Shown here: positions 23,333 through 32,368 of the stretch, in pieces
Position numbering within the stretch: the stretch's first letter is position 1
Layout of the letters: each line of letters opens with the position of its first letter
Origin: an uncultured Gammaproteobacteria bacterium
Lineage (GTDB): Bacteria > Patescibacteriota > Microgenomatia > Levybacterales > GWA1-39-11
NCBI GenBank assembly: GCA_964472415.1
Contig: CAYYLC010000001.1
Coordinates: 131,269-195,268 of the forward strand
DNA length: 64,000 bases
Direction: 5' to 3'
The notes under the pieces: generated by a model
The model's input: only the letters and a program-made list of their open reading frames with translations
What the model was told of the DNA's origin: nothing
Database searches by the model: none
Position numbers and translations under genes: made by a program

Positions 23333-25729
23333 ATGATACCAAAACGCCCAGATTCTAATTTACAGAATGTACCAGTAATCCCAATTCGAGATGGAATAGT
23401 TTTTCCTCATACAGAATCTATCCTTACTTTCGGGAGGCCAAAGAGCCTTGCGGCACTGGAAAATGCATTTACTGGAGAGCGCTTAGTTTGTTTTGTACTC
23501 CAGAAGAATCCTCGTCAAAATAATCCAGAATTAACAGATCTTTATGAAGTAGGGACTGTCGCACATATTGAGCGAATGATTCGGAGTGATGGAGAGGTAA
23601 ACGCACTCGTAAAAGGGATCTCTCGTGCACGAATTGTGAGCTTCAACAAATCATCTGAGTATCTCGAAGCGATTATTGACGAAGTTGATGAACCGTCTGA
23701 TCAGAGCGATGAGATAACTGCTTTGATGAATCATATTACATCTTTATTCAAGAAGTCATTGAGCTTAGGAAAGCAGGCAGATTTTCTCGTATTTATGAAT
23801 ATTATGTCAGAGATTAGTCCTGCAGAGCTTGCGGATCAAATCGCATCTACACTTGATATTAAAGGGGGCGAACGGCAAGAAATCTTGGAGACGTTTGATG
23901 TAAAAGAGCGACTTGAAAAAGTGTCAGAATATCTTTCTCGCGAGGTGAAGGTTTTGGAGCTTGAGCGTAAGATCGCAAATAGAACACAGGAGAAATTAGA
24001 GAAATCGACAAAAGATGCGATACTGCGTGAGCGCTTGAAAAGTATTGAAAAAGAATTGGGTGAGAGCGATGAGGCAGGAGAAGTAAAGGAACTTTTAGAT
24101 AAAATTAGAAAAGCAAAGATGCCTGAAGATGTAGAAGAAAAGGCGAGAAAAGAGTTAAAAAAACTTCAGCAACTTACTCCTTATAATCCTGAATCAGGAT
24201 ATATTAGAAATTATTTGGAAACACTCGTGTCTCTTCCTTGGAGTGAAAAAACGAAAAACAAAACGTCATTGAAAGAAGCAGAGAGAATTCTCGATGAGGG
24301 GCATTACGGTTTAAGTAAAGTAAAAGAACGAGTAATTGAATATCTTGCAGTCCATAAGCTTTCAGGAAAAATGAAAGGTCCGATTCTTTGTTTTAACGGG
24401 CCTCCTGGAGTCGGAAAGACCTCTATTGGGAAGAGTATTGCAAAAGCTTTGGGGCGGGAGTTTGTGAAGATGTCACTTGGTGGAATTCGAGATGAGGCTG
24501 AGATCCGTGGTCATAGGAGAACATATGTGGGTGCAATGCCAGGGAGGATTATTCAGGGAATTAAAGACGCGAAAACAAATAACCCTGTATTCATGCTTGA
24601 TGAAATTGATAAAGTAGGAGCTGATTATCGTGGAGATCCATCATCTGCGCTTCTTGAAGCGCTTGATCCTGAACAGAATGGTGAGTTTTCAGATCACTAC
24701 CTTGAGGTTCCGTTTGATTTATCAGATGTAATGTTTGTTACAACCTCTAATATGCTGCACACTATTCCTCCAGCGCTTCGTGATAGATTGGAAATTATAA
24801 ATTTTGCAGGATATACGAGCGATGAGAAATTTCATATTGCGAAGAAATATTTGGTCAAAAAGCAGCTCGAATCAAATGGCCTGAAGTCTGCAAATGCTGA
24901 GATTAGCGATAAGGGGCTTCAGTATATTATCCAGCGTTATACGAGAGAGTCTGGGGTAAGGAGTCTTGAACGAGAGATTGCAAAGGTGTTCCGGAAAATA
25001 GCGCGTGGTGTTGCTGAGGGAAAGAAGAAAAAAGTTCTTATTACAGAAAGAAATGTCCGAAAACTACTTGGACCAGAGAAATTTAGTTCAACGCTTGCTG
25101 AAAAGAAGAATGAGATCGGAATGTCTACAGGACTTGCATGGACAGAGGTTGGAGGAGAAATCCTATTTATCGAAGTAGCACTTATGCCTGGAAAAGGGCA
25201 ACTTGTACTTACTGGTCAGTTAGGAGATGTGATGAAGGAGTCTTGTCAGGCAGCAATGACTTATATTAGATCTCGGGCAAATAAATTCGGCCTTGATGAA
25301 AATTTCTATAAGGATATTGATGTTCATGTTCATGTACCAGAGGGTGCTGTACCAAAAGATGGACCTTCAGCTGGTGGCGCTATAACTACCGCGATAGTGT
25401 CTGCTTTAACAAAGATTCCAGTAAATCGGATGGTAGGGATGACCGGAGAGGTAACGCTCAGAGGGAGAATCTTGGAAATTGGTGGAGTAAAAGAGAAAGT
25501 AATTGCAGCGCATCGTGCTGGAATTAAAACGCTAATATTACCAAAGGAAAATAAAAAAGATCTTGAAGATGTTCCAAAAGATGTACTGAAGGATCTCCGG
25601 TTCGTATTTGCATCTCACATGGATGAAGTTCTCAAAGAAGCACTCACTAAATCTATTGAAGGGATAAAGCAGATAAGGGGCGAAAAAGAGCCGAAGCTGA
25701 AAACTCCCCAGCCGATTGCTGCCGACTAA
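23333..25729 (+). CDS. lon: ATP-dependent protease La
   Basis: LON N-domain, GPPGVGKT, LDEIDK, catalytic PKDGPSAG and IGGVKEK. Confidence 0.97.
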   Translation: MIPKRPDSNLQNVPVIPIRDGIVFPHTESILTFGRPKSLAALENAFTGERLVCFVLQKNPRQNNPELTDLYEVGTVAHIERMIRSDGEVNALVKGISRARIVSFNKSSEYLEAIIDEVDEPSDQSDEITALMNHITSLFKKSLSLGKQADFLVFMNIMSEISPAELADQIASTLDIKGGERQEILETFDVKERLEKVSEYLSREVKVLELERKIANRTQEKLEKSTKDAILRERLKSIEKELGESDEAGEVKELLDKIRKAKMPEDVEEKARKELKKLQQLTPYNPESGYIRNYLETLVSLPWSEKTKNKTSLKEAERILDEGHYGLSKVKERVIEYLAVHKLSGKMKGPILCFNGPPGVGKTSIGKSIAKALGREFVKMSLGGIRDEAEIRGHRRTYVGAMPGRIIQGIKDAKTNNPVFMLDEIDKVGADYRGDPSSALLEALDPEQNGEFSDHYLEVPFDLSDVMFVTTSNMLHTIPPALRDRLEIINFAGYTSDEKFHIAKKYLVKKQLESNGLKSANAEISDKGLQYIIQRYTRESGVRSLEREIAKVFRKIARGVAEGKKKKVLITERNVRKLLGPEKFSSTLAEKKNEIGMSTGLAWTEVGGEILFIEVALMPGKGQLVLTGQLGDVMKESCQAAMTYIRSRANKFGLDENFYKDIDVHVHVPEGAVPKDGPSAGGAITTAIVSALTKIPVNRMVGMTGEVTLRGRILEIGGVKEKVIAAHRAGIKTLILPKENKKDLEDVPKDVLKDLRFVFASHMDEVLKEALTKSIEGIKQIRGEKEPKLKTPQPIAAD

Positions 25730-25767
25730 CTTACCCATTTCTTACCTGAGACAAGTATAATGTCTCT

Positions 25768-26274
25768 ATGAATCAGGTAGCGGGATCTGAATTACACAAT
25801 GGGCAGAGCGTTGTAATCAATACAGGGAAAAAAGAAGATAAATCTCGGGAAGAAAAAGTCCTTTCGTCTCTTGAGGAGCTGAGAAAGGCATCAGATAGAA
25901 CGCTTTATAAGGCAAAAACGGTTTTCCCTTTTGTACTATTTCCCGATACGGTTATCGTTGATTATCAGAAGATAAGTATTGTTACCAGAGAATTTCTAAA
26001 TTCTGAGCGTGTTGATGCCATAAACCATGAAGATCTAAAGAATGTTGAAGTGGTTTCTGGACCATTATTTGCGACTTTGTTACTAAAGACAGACCAATTT
26101 AACCCTCCGCTGACAGTTTCTTATTTGCATAAAAATGATGCATTGAAGATTAGGAATATATTGAATGGATTGATGACGGCAAATCATGCCAAAGTTCATT
26201 TTGAAGATGTAACGAATAAGAAGAAGCTTGTGAAAGAACTTGAGCAGATCGGTAGTGTGGATATTAGCGAGTAG
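25768..26274 (+). CDS. Hypothetical protein, possible bacterial PH-like domain
   Basis: Intact 168-aa ORF; FPFVLFPDTVIVD...NVEVVSGPLFATL beta pattern; TATAAT 6 nt upstream. Confidence 0.6.
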   Translation: MNQVAGSELHNGQSVVINTGKKEDKSREEKVLSSLEELRKASDRTLYKAKTVFPFVLFPDTVIVDYQKISIVTREFLNSERVDAINHEDLKNVEVVSGPLFATLLLKTDQFNPPLTVSYLHKNDALKIRNILNGLMTANHAKVHFEDVTNKKKLVKELEQIGSVDISE

Positions 26275-26394
26275 TTTTTTTTAATTCTTTACAATTTTCC
26301 TACAGTATTTTATTAATGCTTCTTGTAGCTAAATTAGGATATAGGATTTCCTGCCTTTCACATTCGGAGGTTTTACTCTATAATAGAAACAGTT

Positions 26395-26736
26395 ATGGCA
26401 GATACGAAACGAAAAAAAATAGTTACTCCTTTTGGGAGATATTTTCGTGAACTCGAAGAAATTGATAGTGATTTAAAAAGCTCGAAAGAGTTTGGATCAA
26501 TATTGATTTTATCGTTAGTGGAGGAGATTGGTGAAATGGCCCGAGCATATTTAGCAGAGCATGGACGTAAAAAAACGAATATAGCTGCTCAGAATGATGA
26601 AACGTACGAGCAGGAGCTTGGAGATATACTTGTTACTATTATTCGGTTTGCCCGGATAAAAAATATTGATCTGGATAAACGAATTAAATATACTCTTTCT
26701 AAAATTAAGAAGCGTAAAGATTCGCCAAAACTCTAA
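26395..26736 (+). CDS. MazG-like nucleotide pyrophosphohydrolase
   Basis: LVEEIGEMA...EQELGDIL acidic motifs. Confidence 0.8.
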   Translation: MADTKRKKIVTPFGRYFRELEEIDSDLKSSKEFGSILILSLVEEIGEMARAYLAEHGRKKTNIAAQNDETYEQELGDILVTIIRFARIKNIDLDKRIKYTLSKIKKRKDSPKL

Positions 26737-26747
26737 TTCTCCTTTCC

Positions 26748-26779
26748 ATAAACGCCTCACATTTCTGCAAGGCGTTTAT
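26748..26779. terminator. Hairpin terminator between convergent genes
   Basis: ATAAACGCCT-N12-AGGCGTTTAT perfect 10-bp stem. Confidence 0.65.
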
Positions 26780-26792
26780 ATATCTGCTTGAT

Positions 26793-27170
26793 TTAGATGA
26801 GAGCCCCCTCACGTTTGTGTTCGTGTATGAGATAAGGGAGCGTAACTCCCGCAATTCCACCTCCGAGATGGAGAATCTGATCGATTGTACCTAGTCCGCT
26901 GGGTGCGAGACCGAGAAGCGTAGGGTCAAGAAGCCCTACTAAAAACATTCCGAGATATGCTATCCCAAATGTCATTAAGGCGGTTCTAGAAAGTTCAGCA
27001 GATTGTAATCCTGCATATACTAGGAATCCTCCTAATGCAATTCGAGAAATATCAAGAACGATATCGATATTCATCTCTCCCATCATCCGTCCTTCTCCAC
27101 TGATGAGCCCTAATATTCCAAGTAGAAGGACAAATGCCCCGATGGTTGTCGCAAATGCTGTTAATTTCAT
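26793..27170 (-). CDS. DUF4383-like membrane protein
   Basis: Four TM segments, FGIAYLGMFLVG...DQILHL; SD-like GAAGGGGGTGA upstream of ATG 27170. Confidence 0.65.
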   Translation of the reverse strand: MKLTAFATTIGAFVLLLGILGLISGEGRMMGEMNIDIVLDISRIALGGFLVYAGLQSAELSRTALMTFGIAYLGMFLVGLLDPTLLGLAPSGLGTIDQILHLGGGIAGVTLPYLIHEHKREGALI

Positions 27171-27270
27171 AGTTTCACCCCCTTCCATTATTTTGTAAGT
27201 GTAGCTTTTTCGTATATGGTTTCAGAGAGACTTCAGTGAGGATAGTGTAAGTAGTGCGCAGGGCGGATTT

Positions 27271-28428
27271 TTATCGTTTCGAATCTTTTTGACTCTGGAA
27301 GAGAAGATATAATTGGAGGCAGTAGAGAATTACTGCTCCATATAATGCGTGCGATCGAATAAGTACCGGAAATGCTTGAGGGTCTTTGAGGTTTATTGCT
27401 ATAAGTAAAAAACTAAGTGCAAGAATGGTAACATATTTCATATTAATTCTGTTTTGCTTTATGTAGAATAGTGTTGCAAGGAGGGGAATTATAGTCCAAA
27501 CATAATGATGTTGCCATGCTATTGAGTTAAAAATTAAGTTTAATATTATAAGGTTTGATATACACAAAAGCTCTAGGAAAGTGTCGGCATTTTTCTGTTT
27601 GAGAATAGCTATAATTGAGGTTGAGAATAAAATAATTCCACTAATAATTAGTATGAATCGGGTCAGAAGTGGATTATCTATAGCCCTGTTTAAAAACGCT
27701 GAAAACGACTGGTTATAATAAGCATCTGCCTGGGATCCTATAATTGATGGTAATGTTGTTTCAAAAAAATAGAAAAATGTTGTATGTCCTACATAAAAAT
27801 AAGAGATCGTATATAGTGCAATAATTGATAATATAATTGAGAAAATAATTTTCCATCGTTTGCTTCTTATTAAGAATGCAATTAGGAGAATTGGGAAGAT
27901 CTTCAGAGATAGGGCAATGGATAAAAATATCCCAGCTAATTCATCTTTTGTTTTTAAATAAAAGTATAAAAATAAAGTAATTAATAGTAATATGATGTTG
28001 TTAATTTGCCCCATTCCGAGAGTAAATTTTACGGGGAAAAAATTTAACAATAAAATAATAAGTACTAACCCAAAAATGTTTAATATGCGAATCTCAAATA
28101 TTTTGAATAATATTACTATCGAAGCAAAGAAGCATGTTATTGAAAAAAATGTAAACACATTTTCTGAAACACTATATGGAAATAGCGTGAATGGAGTAAA
28201 AAAAATTAGAGAAAAGGGAGGATATATGAAGGCCGCAAACATGCTCTCTGTAGTTATGTATGGGTTATCAGTATTTATTAAGTTTACAGTTCCGTAGTAA
28301 TACGTATTATAGTCAGGATAGAGATCGAGAGTTGCAGAGCGCAGGAAGACAGATAGCGATAATAAAACAGCTCCTAATAATAAAATCTTTATAAAGATTA
28401 CTCGAGAAGATTTCATAGAAGTAATCAT
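27271..28428 (-). CDS. GT87 (DUF2029) GT-C glycosyltransferase
   Basis: DYNTYY, FIYPPF, GQIN, SLKIFP, NQS, WQHHY motifs; polytopic. Confidence 0.85.
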   Translation of the reverse strand: MITSMKSSRVIFIKILLLGAVLLSLSVFLRSATLDLYPDYNTYYYGTVNLINTDNPYITTESMFAAFIYPPFSLIFFTPFTLFPYSVSENVFTFFSITCFFASIVILFKIFEIRILNIFGLVLIILLLNFFPVKFTLGMGQINNIILLLITLFLYFYLKTKDELAGIFLSIALSLKIFPILLIAFLIRSKRWKIIFSIILSIIALYTISYFYVGHTTFFYFFETTLPSIIGSQADAYYNQSFSAFLNRAIDNPLLTRFILIISGIILFSTSIIAILKQKNADTFLELLCISNLIILNLIFNSIAWQHHYVWTIIPLLATLFYIKQNRINMKYVTILALSFLLIAINLKDPQAFPVLIRSHALYGAVILYCLQLYLLFQSQKDSKR

Positions 28429-28713
28429 GTACTTTGTTAATTTTAATGAGCTTTATTGTTAATTACAAATAGCCAGTTTATCGGCATAGTATTTTTTTCT
28501 ATCTATGGTTAATGAGAGTTTTTTTATTTATGTGCGTACATACTTATCCATGTGATCTATGTAGTAGTTGGTGATTTATTATTTTTATTTATTAGAAAAA
28601 TATATCGACATAAGAAAGTATCAGTATTGCTGAAAAGTTGGACTCTCAAACATATTGGTTTAAAAATGTCTTAAAAATCGTGTTAAGTAACCTGGAGGTT
28701 ATTTAACCTGGTG

Positions 28714-28786
28714 TGACCCCACGGGAATTCGAATCCCGGTTTCTTGGATGAGAACCAAGTGTCCTAGGCCTCTAGACGATGGGGCC
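28714..28786 (-). tRNA. tRNA-Glu(CTC)
   Basis: Acceptor GGCCCCA/TGGGGTC, anticodon arm CTTGG-TTCTCAT-CCAAG, T-loop TTCGAAT. Confidence 0.95.
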
Positions 28787-28903
28787 AAAACCTAAGATTA
28801 GTAATGGTGTATTCTAGCGTATTTCAACTTAAGATAGCAAGTAAGTCAACTTTTCTTTTGTGTTTTATTTCGCTATTTCTGATAATTTAGTATAATGATT
28901 TTC

Positions 28904-29659
28904 ATGAAGCCATTCCTCCTCTCTGTAGTTATCCCTTCGTATAACGAAATGGCGAATCTTCAAAAGGGAACTCTCACAAAAGTTCTGAGTTATTTATCAG
29001 GTCAAAAGTATGACTTCGAGATAATTGTAGTAGATGATGGGAGTACAGATGGAAGTAGGCAATATGTAGGACATTTTATAAAAAAACATAAAAAAATAAA
29101 GCTTATTGAGGGAAAGCATAGTGGGAAAGCAGGGGCAGTGACGCAAGGGGTTCTAAAAGCAAAAGGAGATTATGTGTTATTTACAGACATGGATCAGGCA
29201 ACACCGATTGAGGAAATTGAAAAGTTATTGCCACAGGTGAAGAAGGGGTATGATGTGATTATCGGATCTCGTGAAGGACAGAGGAGAGGTGCACCATTCA
29301 CTCGAAAAATAATGGCAAAAAGCATGGTAATCTTGCGTTCGGCTATCGTGGGAATCCCTAATATAAAAGATACGCAGTGCGGATTTAAGTTATTTACGAA
29401 AGATGCAGCAAAAGATATATTCAAAAAAGTAAACAAGGTCCATAATGGATTCAAAGCGATAAGAGGATCATCTGTCACTGCAGGATTTGATATTGAGCTC
29501 TTATATATTGCGGAGAGCAAGGGTTATAAGATCAAAGAAATTCCTGTTACCTGGCTTTATGTTGAAACACGTCGGGTGAGCCCGATAAAAGATTCTATTG
29601 AGGGAGTTTTTGAACTATTTCGCATCAAGAAAAATATTCTTTCCGGTGTTTATAATTAA
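28904..29659 (+). CDS. GT2, polyprenyl-phosphate glycosyltransferase (Dol-P-Glc synthase-like)
   Basis: VVIPSYNE, VDDGSTD, FTDMDQAT, DTQCGFKLF, FDIELL. Confidence 0.9.
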   Translation: MKPFLLSVVIPSYNEMANLQKGTLTKVLSYLSGQKYDFEIIVVDDGSTDGSRQYVGHFIKKHKKIKLIEGKHSGKAGAVTQGVLKAKGDYVLFTDMDQATPIEEIEKLLPQVKKGYDVIIGSREGQRRGAPFTRKIMAKSMVILRSAIVGIPNIKDTQCGFKLFTKDAAKDIFKKVNKVHNGFKAIRGSSVTAGFDIELLYIAESKGYKIKEIPVTWLYVETRRVSPIKDSIEGVFELFRIKKNILSGVYN

Positions 29660-29662
29660 TGT

Positions 29663-30829
29663 ATGATACATAAAACCCTTTTCCCCTTGTGGCTCCTTGG
29701 GGGAATATTTTTGTTTTTATATTCATTTACGCAAGTTGATCTGTCGCTTACGTTCTCTCAAGCGTCTATTTTTCAGCAAGTCCAAAAATCATTCCAATAC
29801 ATTGGATGGTTTAACCGGCCACTTTCCGCGTATCTTTATATCGGAATAATTTTCTATTTATCTATTTTATTTATCATAACGCTTTTTGCAATTTCAAAAA
29901 ATAAAATATCTAAAAAATCATTGTGGTGGATTATTATTTTGGTCGCAGTTATTCTTACGCCTTCATATAATGCGTTTTCATATGATTTATTTAATTATAT
30001 TTTTGATGCGAGGATAGTATCGCATTATGGTCAGAATCCGTATGAGTTTCGTCCTCTAGATTTTGCAACAGATCCCATGCTTTCGTTTATGCGTTCAACA
30101 CATCGAGTATATCCGTATGGTCCAGTATGGCTTGGGATAACGGCACCGATAACATTTGTTTCCCATGAGATATTTGCGCTTAGCTTTGCACTATTTAAGA
30201 TCGTAGGAACATTAGCATTTCTCGGGACAGCGTTTTTTATCGGGAAATTGGCTGCTCATTTAAAAATGAAAAATACAAATTTTTCTATTGCGCTTTTCGC
30301 ATTGAATCCATTGATTTTAATTGAAGGATTAGTTTCTTCTCATAATGAGATCGTAATGATGTTTTTTGCAGTGATGTCTTTTTATTTTTTATTTACAAAA
30401 AGACATACATTCTCTCTTATGGGATTTTTTATATCAGTAGGGATAAAATATGCAACTTTTATTTTCCTTCCTATATATATTGCAAAATTATTTATAAAAA
30501 AACTTTCTGATAGGAGCTTGATGCAGTTTACGATTGCGTTGGGGATTCTTGCAGTTGTGATTACGTCTGTTGCGTCGGGACAAAATAAAAACCCTGAATT
30601 CCAGCCTTGGTATTTGTTGCTTGTTGCACCATTTATTTCATTCTCAGATAACAAATTTATAAAAAGTTTGCTTCTTGCAGTTTCTTTCGTGGTCCTGTTT
30701 TCATATGTACCATTTCTCTATAATGGAAGTTGGCCTGTGCAAATCGTTGCGATAAAAAATACCTTGGTCGTGATTGGGATTTTGATAGGAATTATTTTTT
30801 ACTATTTATATAAGACAAAGATAAAATGA
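29663..30829 (+). CDS. GT-C membrane glycosyltransferase (MptA/B-like)
   Basis: SYDLFNY, YPYGP, NPLILIE, HNEIVM, IKY, QPWY motifs; polytopic. Confidence 0.75.
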   Translation: MIHKTLFPLWLLGGIFLFLYSFTQVDLSLTFSQASIFQQVQKSFQYIGWFNRPLSAYLYIGIIFYLSILFIITLFAISKNKISKKSLWWIIILVAVILTPSYNAFSYDLFNYIFDARIVSHYGQNPYEFRPLDFATDPMLSFMRSTHRVYPYGPVWLGITAPITFVSHEIFALSFALFKIVGTLAFLGTAFFIGKLAAHLKMKNTNFSIALFALNPLILIEGLVSSHNEIVMMFFAVMSFYFLFTKRHTFSLMGFFISVGIKYATFIFLPIYIAKLFIKKLSDRSLMQFTIALGILAVVITSVASGQNKNPEFQPWYLLLVAPFISFSDNKFIKSLLLAVSFVVLFSYVPFLYNGSWPVQIVAIKNTLVVIGILIGIIFYYLYKTKIK

Positions 30830-32364
30830 ATTTATTTAATAAGATAATGATAAATTTAAGAAAGTATCGTTTTGCGGTAGTTTCTTTTCTCATCATTTCC
30901 CTTACATACTTTGTCAGTCGAATTGTAAGTATTATGCAATTGCCGATCTTTACTGATGAGGCGATTTATACTCGATGGTCACAGATTGCATATAACGATG
31001 CGAATTGGCGCTTCATATCACTAACTGATGGAAAGCAGCCATTATTTGTGTGGTTGCAGATGGCGTTTATGCATTTTTTTGATGACCCGCTCTTTGCAGG
31101 GAGATTAGTTTCTGTGCTTGCTGGATTTGGAGCATTAGTAGGAGTTTTTTTTCTTACCCAGCTTATTTTCAAAAATATAAAAGTTTCATTATTTGCGGCT
31201 TTCTTGTATCTTATATATCCATTCGCGCTCATCTATGATCGATTAGCATTGTATGAGTCGCTTCTCGCAATGTTTTTTATATGGGCATTGTATTTTCAAA
31301 TTTTACTTGTAAAAAAAATGCGACTTGATATCGCGATGATTTTAGGATTTGTATTGGGTGGAGCAGTGCTTACTAAGTCTTCAGGATTTCTATCCATTTA
31401 TATGATGCCATTTTTATATTTGTTGCTAGATTTTGGAAAAAGGGCTTTTAAGGTAAACGCCTTGAAATTCACTGTCTTTTTGGTAGTTTCTATTATTTTG
31501 GCAAATGCAATATATGCAATCCTTAGACTATCACCCTTTTTTCATATTATTGAACAGAAGAATTCTATATTTGTATATCCAGTTTCAGAATGGTTGCGAT
31601 TTTCGTTGGATATAAAGATTGCTAATTTTATCAGTAACCTCAGGGGAATTTTTGACTGGTTTGTGATCTACTTTAGTGTTCCATTCATTCTGGCAATGTT
31701 TTTTTCATTTTCTGTTAAATCGTTGTATAGAGAGAAAATTATTTTACTTTTATGGTTCTTGCTTCCAGTGAGTGCTTTAATATTGTTTGGGAAAACGATT
31801 TATCCACGTTATTTATTTTTTATGACACTGCCACTCTTACCGCTTGTTGCAGTTGGCTTTTTGAAACTTGTTGAAGTTGTAAAAAGTAAAATTGCTATTG
31901 GATTTATTATAATCGCATTTTTTATGTATCCGATTTATACAAACTATATGATTCTTATCAATTTTCAGGATGCTCCCATCCCAGTCCTTGATCGTGAACA
32001 GTTGATAAATGGATGGCCGGCAGGCGGAGGGGTAAAAGAGTCAATAGAATTTTTTGAGAATGAAGCGCGTAATAAGCAGATTATTATCGCAACGCAGGGA
32101 ACATTTGGTCTTATGCCATATTCTTACGAAATATATTTAAATGAGAATTCAAATATTGAAGTGAGAGGGTATTGGCCTATTGAAGATAATCCTCCACGAG
32201 AATTGTTAGATGCTGAAAAAGATGTATATGTGGTATTTTATCAACCTTGCCCGCAGTGTAGGTATCCAGGTGATGCACCAGATACGTGGCCAATAGAAAA
32301 GATACGTGAATATAGAAAAGGGGATGGGATAACGACACTTGGATTATACAAGTTTTTGCAGTAG
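30826..32364 (+). CDS. ArnT/PMT-family (GT39/83-like) GT-C transferase
   Basis: FTDEAIY first-loop motif, GRLVS, LTK, YPRY; polytopic. Confidence 0.8.
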   Translation: MNLFNKIMINLRKYRFAVVSFLIISLTYFVSRIVSIMQLPIFTDEAIYTRWSQIAYNDANWRFISLTDGKQPLFVWLQMAFMHFFDDPLFAGRLVSVLAGFGALVGVFFLTQLIFKNIKVSLFAAFLYLIYPFALIYDRLALYESLLAMFFIWALYFQILLVKKMRLDIAMILGFVLGGAVLTKSSGFLSIYMMPFLYLLLDFGKRAFKVNALKFTVFLVVSIILANAIYAILRLSPFFHIIEQKNSIFVYPVSEWLRFSLDIKIANFISNLRGIFDWFVIYFSVPFILAMFFSFSVKSLYREKIILLLWFLLPVSALILFGKTIYPRYLFFMTLPLLPLVAVGFLKLVEVVKSKIAIGFIIIAFFMYPIYTNYMILINFQDAPIPVLDREQLINGWPAGGGVKESIEFFENEARNKQIIIATQGTFGLMPYSYEIYLNENSNIEVRGYWPIEDNPPRELLDAEKDVYVVFYQPCPQCRYPGDAPDTWPIEKIREYRKGDGITTLGLYKFLQ

Positions 32365-32368
32365 TTAT

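Noticed and set aside
28689-28713. Short palindromes and a CACCA after tRNA-Glu as an att site or encoded CCA
   Set aside because: CCA is offset by two nucleotides from the discriminator; no second copy or integrase found
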